NCBI RefSeq assembly: GCF_001194135.2
Contig: NC_068994.1
Coordinates: forward strand, 31,838,949-31,902,948
DNA from: Octopus bimaculoides
Lineage: Eukaryota
Direction: 5' to 3'
Length of the DNA stretch: 64,000 bases
Notes under the pieces: generated by a model
Told to the model about the DNA's origin: nothing
The model's input: the letters and a program-made list of their open reading frames with translations, nothing else
Database searches by the model: none
Program-made: the position numbers and the translations under genes
In this document: positions 63,300 to 64,000 of the stretch, in pieces
Position numbering within the stretch: position 1 is the first letter of the stretch
Layout of the letters: each line of letters begins with the position of its first letter

Positions 63300-64000
63300 G
63301 AGTCTCAGCTAAAGAAAATAGCTACACGAGACATCAAGCGATGGTTTTGAGAGGTGCCATCAAAATAACGAAAAACATGAATACTCACCAACCACCTCCA
63401 GCTATCACCAGTATCATTAAAAAGGTCTCCAACTATCACCACTACCACAAAAAGGGTATCGGTTTCGCGATGCCAAATGTTTAGGCTCCACAAAATCCAA
63501 TAAGATGCCTTCACGAAGTGCTGATCTGCCGTGGGGATGTAAACTTTAAGTTTTAATTCGGAGTCTACTTGGCAGTTACTGTAGATTTTACGAACATCCA
63601 TAGTGAAAAACATTAAAAACACTCTTCATATTTTTCACGTAATGCTATAATCTTTTTACACCAGGCTATCACAATTCATTGTGAGTATAGTAATTAAATC
63701 TGCAAGCTGAACGAGTAAGAACAGCATCTTCGAGACCTCAGTGCATCCATTCTCTTTTCTACATCAATGGAAAAGATCAAAACTATATGAAGAAATGTCC
63801 TATGTCCAGCGTAGAATTTTATCAATCTTTATTTTGTGTCTATAATCTGTGATAAGGGTACAATGTCTTCCTAGGAGGTAGTCGTGACGTTTAAGTAAGC
63901 ACTCAACATTAGCAGCAACTTTCTTCTTAATAAGGATACAATTCATTGTGAGAGATAAAAGCAATGAAACGCCTTCCATGAGGTGATGACAAATTAGCTC

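Overview
AT-rich, microsatellite- and SINE-saturated animal genomic DNA from a gapped short-read scaffold (16 N-runs). The repeat families and the (TA)n/(CA)n/(GAT)n load match what I recall of octopus (coleoid cephalopod) genomes; this is an inference, not a database result. There is no intact long protein-coding gene, rRNA, true tRNA or CRISPR array. Almost every ORF in the supplied track is a microsatellite, N-gap or SINE artefact. Supported content: (i) dozens of copies of at least four SINE-like families, labelled here A (RTE 3'-tail), B, C and D (tRNA-headed), plus a CORE-type SINE; (ii) decayed non-LTR retrotransposon fragments of the RTE (two ORF ends), CR1/Jockey-like, R4/Dong-type (three pieces, two lineages) and probably L1/Tx1 groups; (iii) several minisatellites, including a 15-bp array of AP-1-like TGACTCA sites and an 18-bp array readable as Gly-Gly-Cys-Asp repeats; (iv) a CpG-richer, largely unique region at 62.0-64.0 kb with convincing short-intron signatures on both strands. 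That region, with a few isolated candidate exons on the minus strand, suggests most of the window may be the large 5' intron(s) of an unidentified minus-strand gene. The gene model is tentative.
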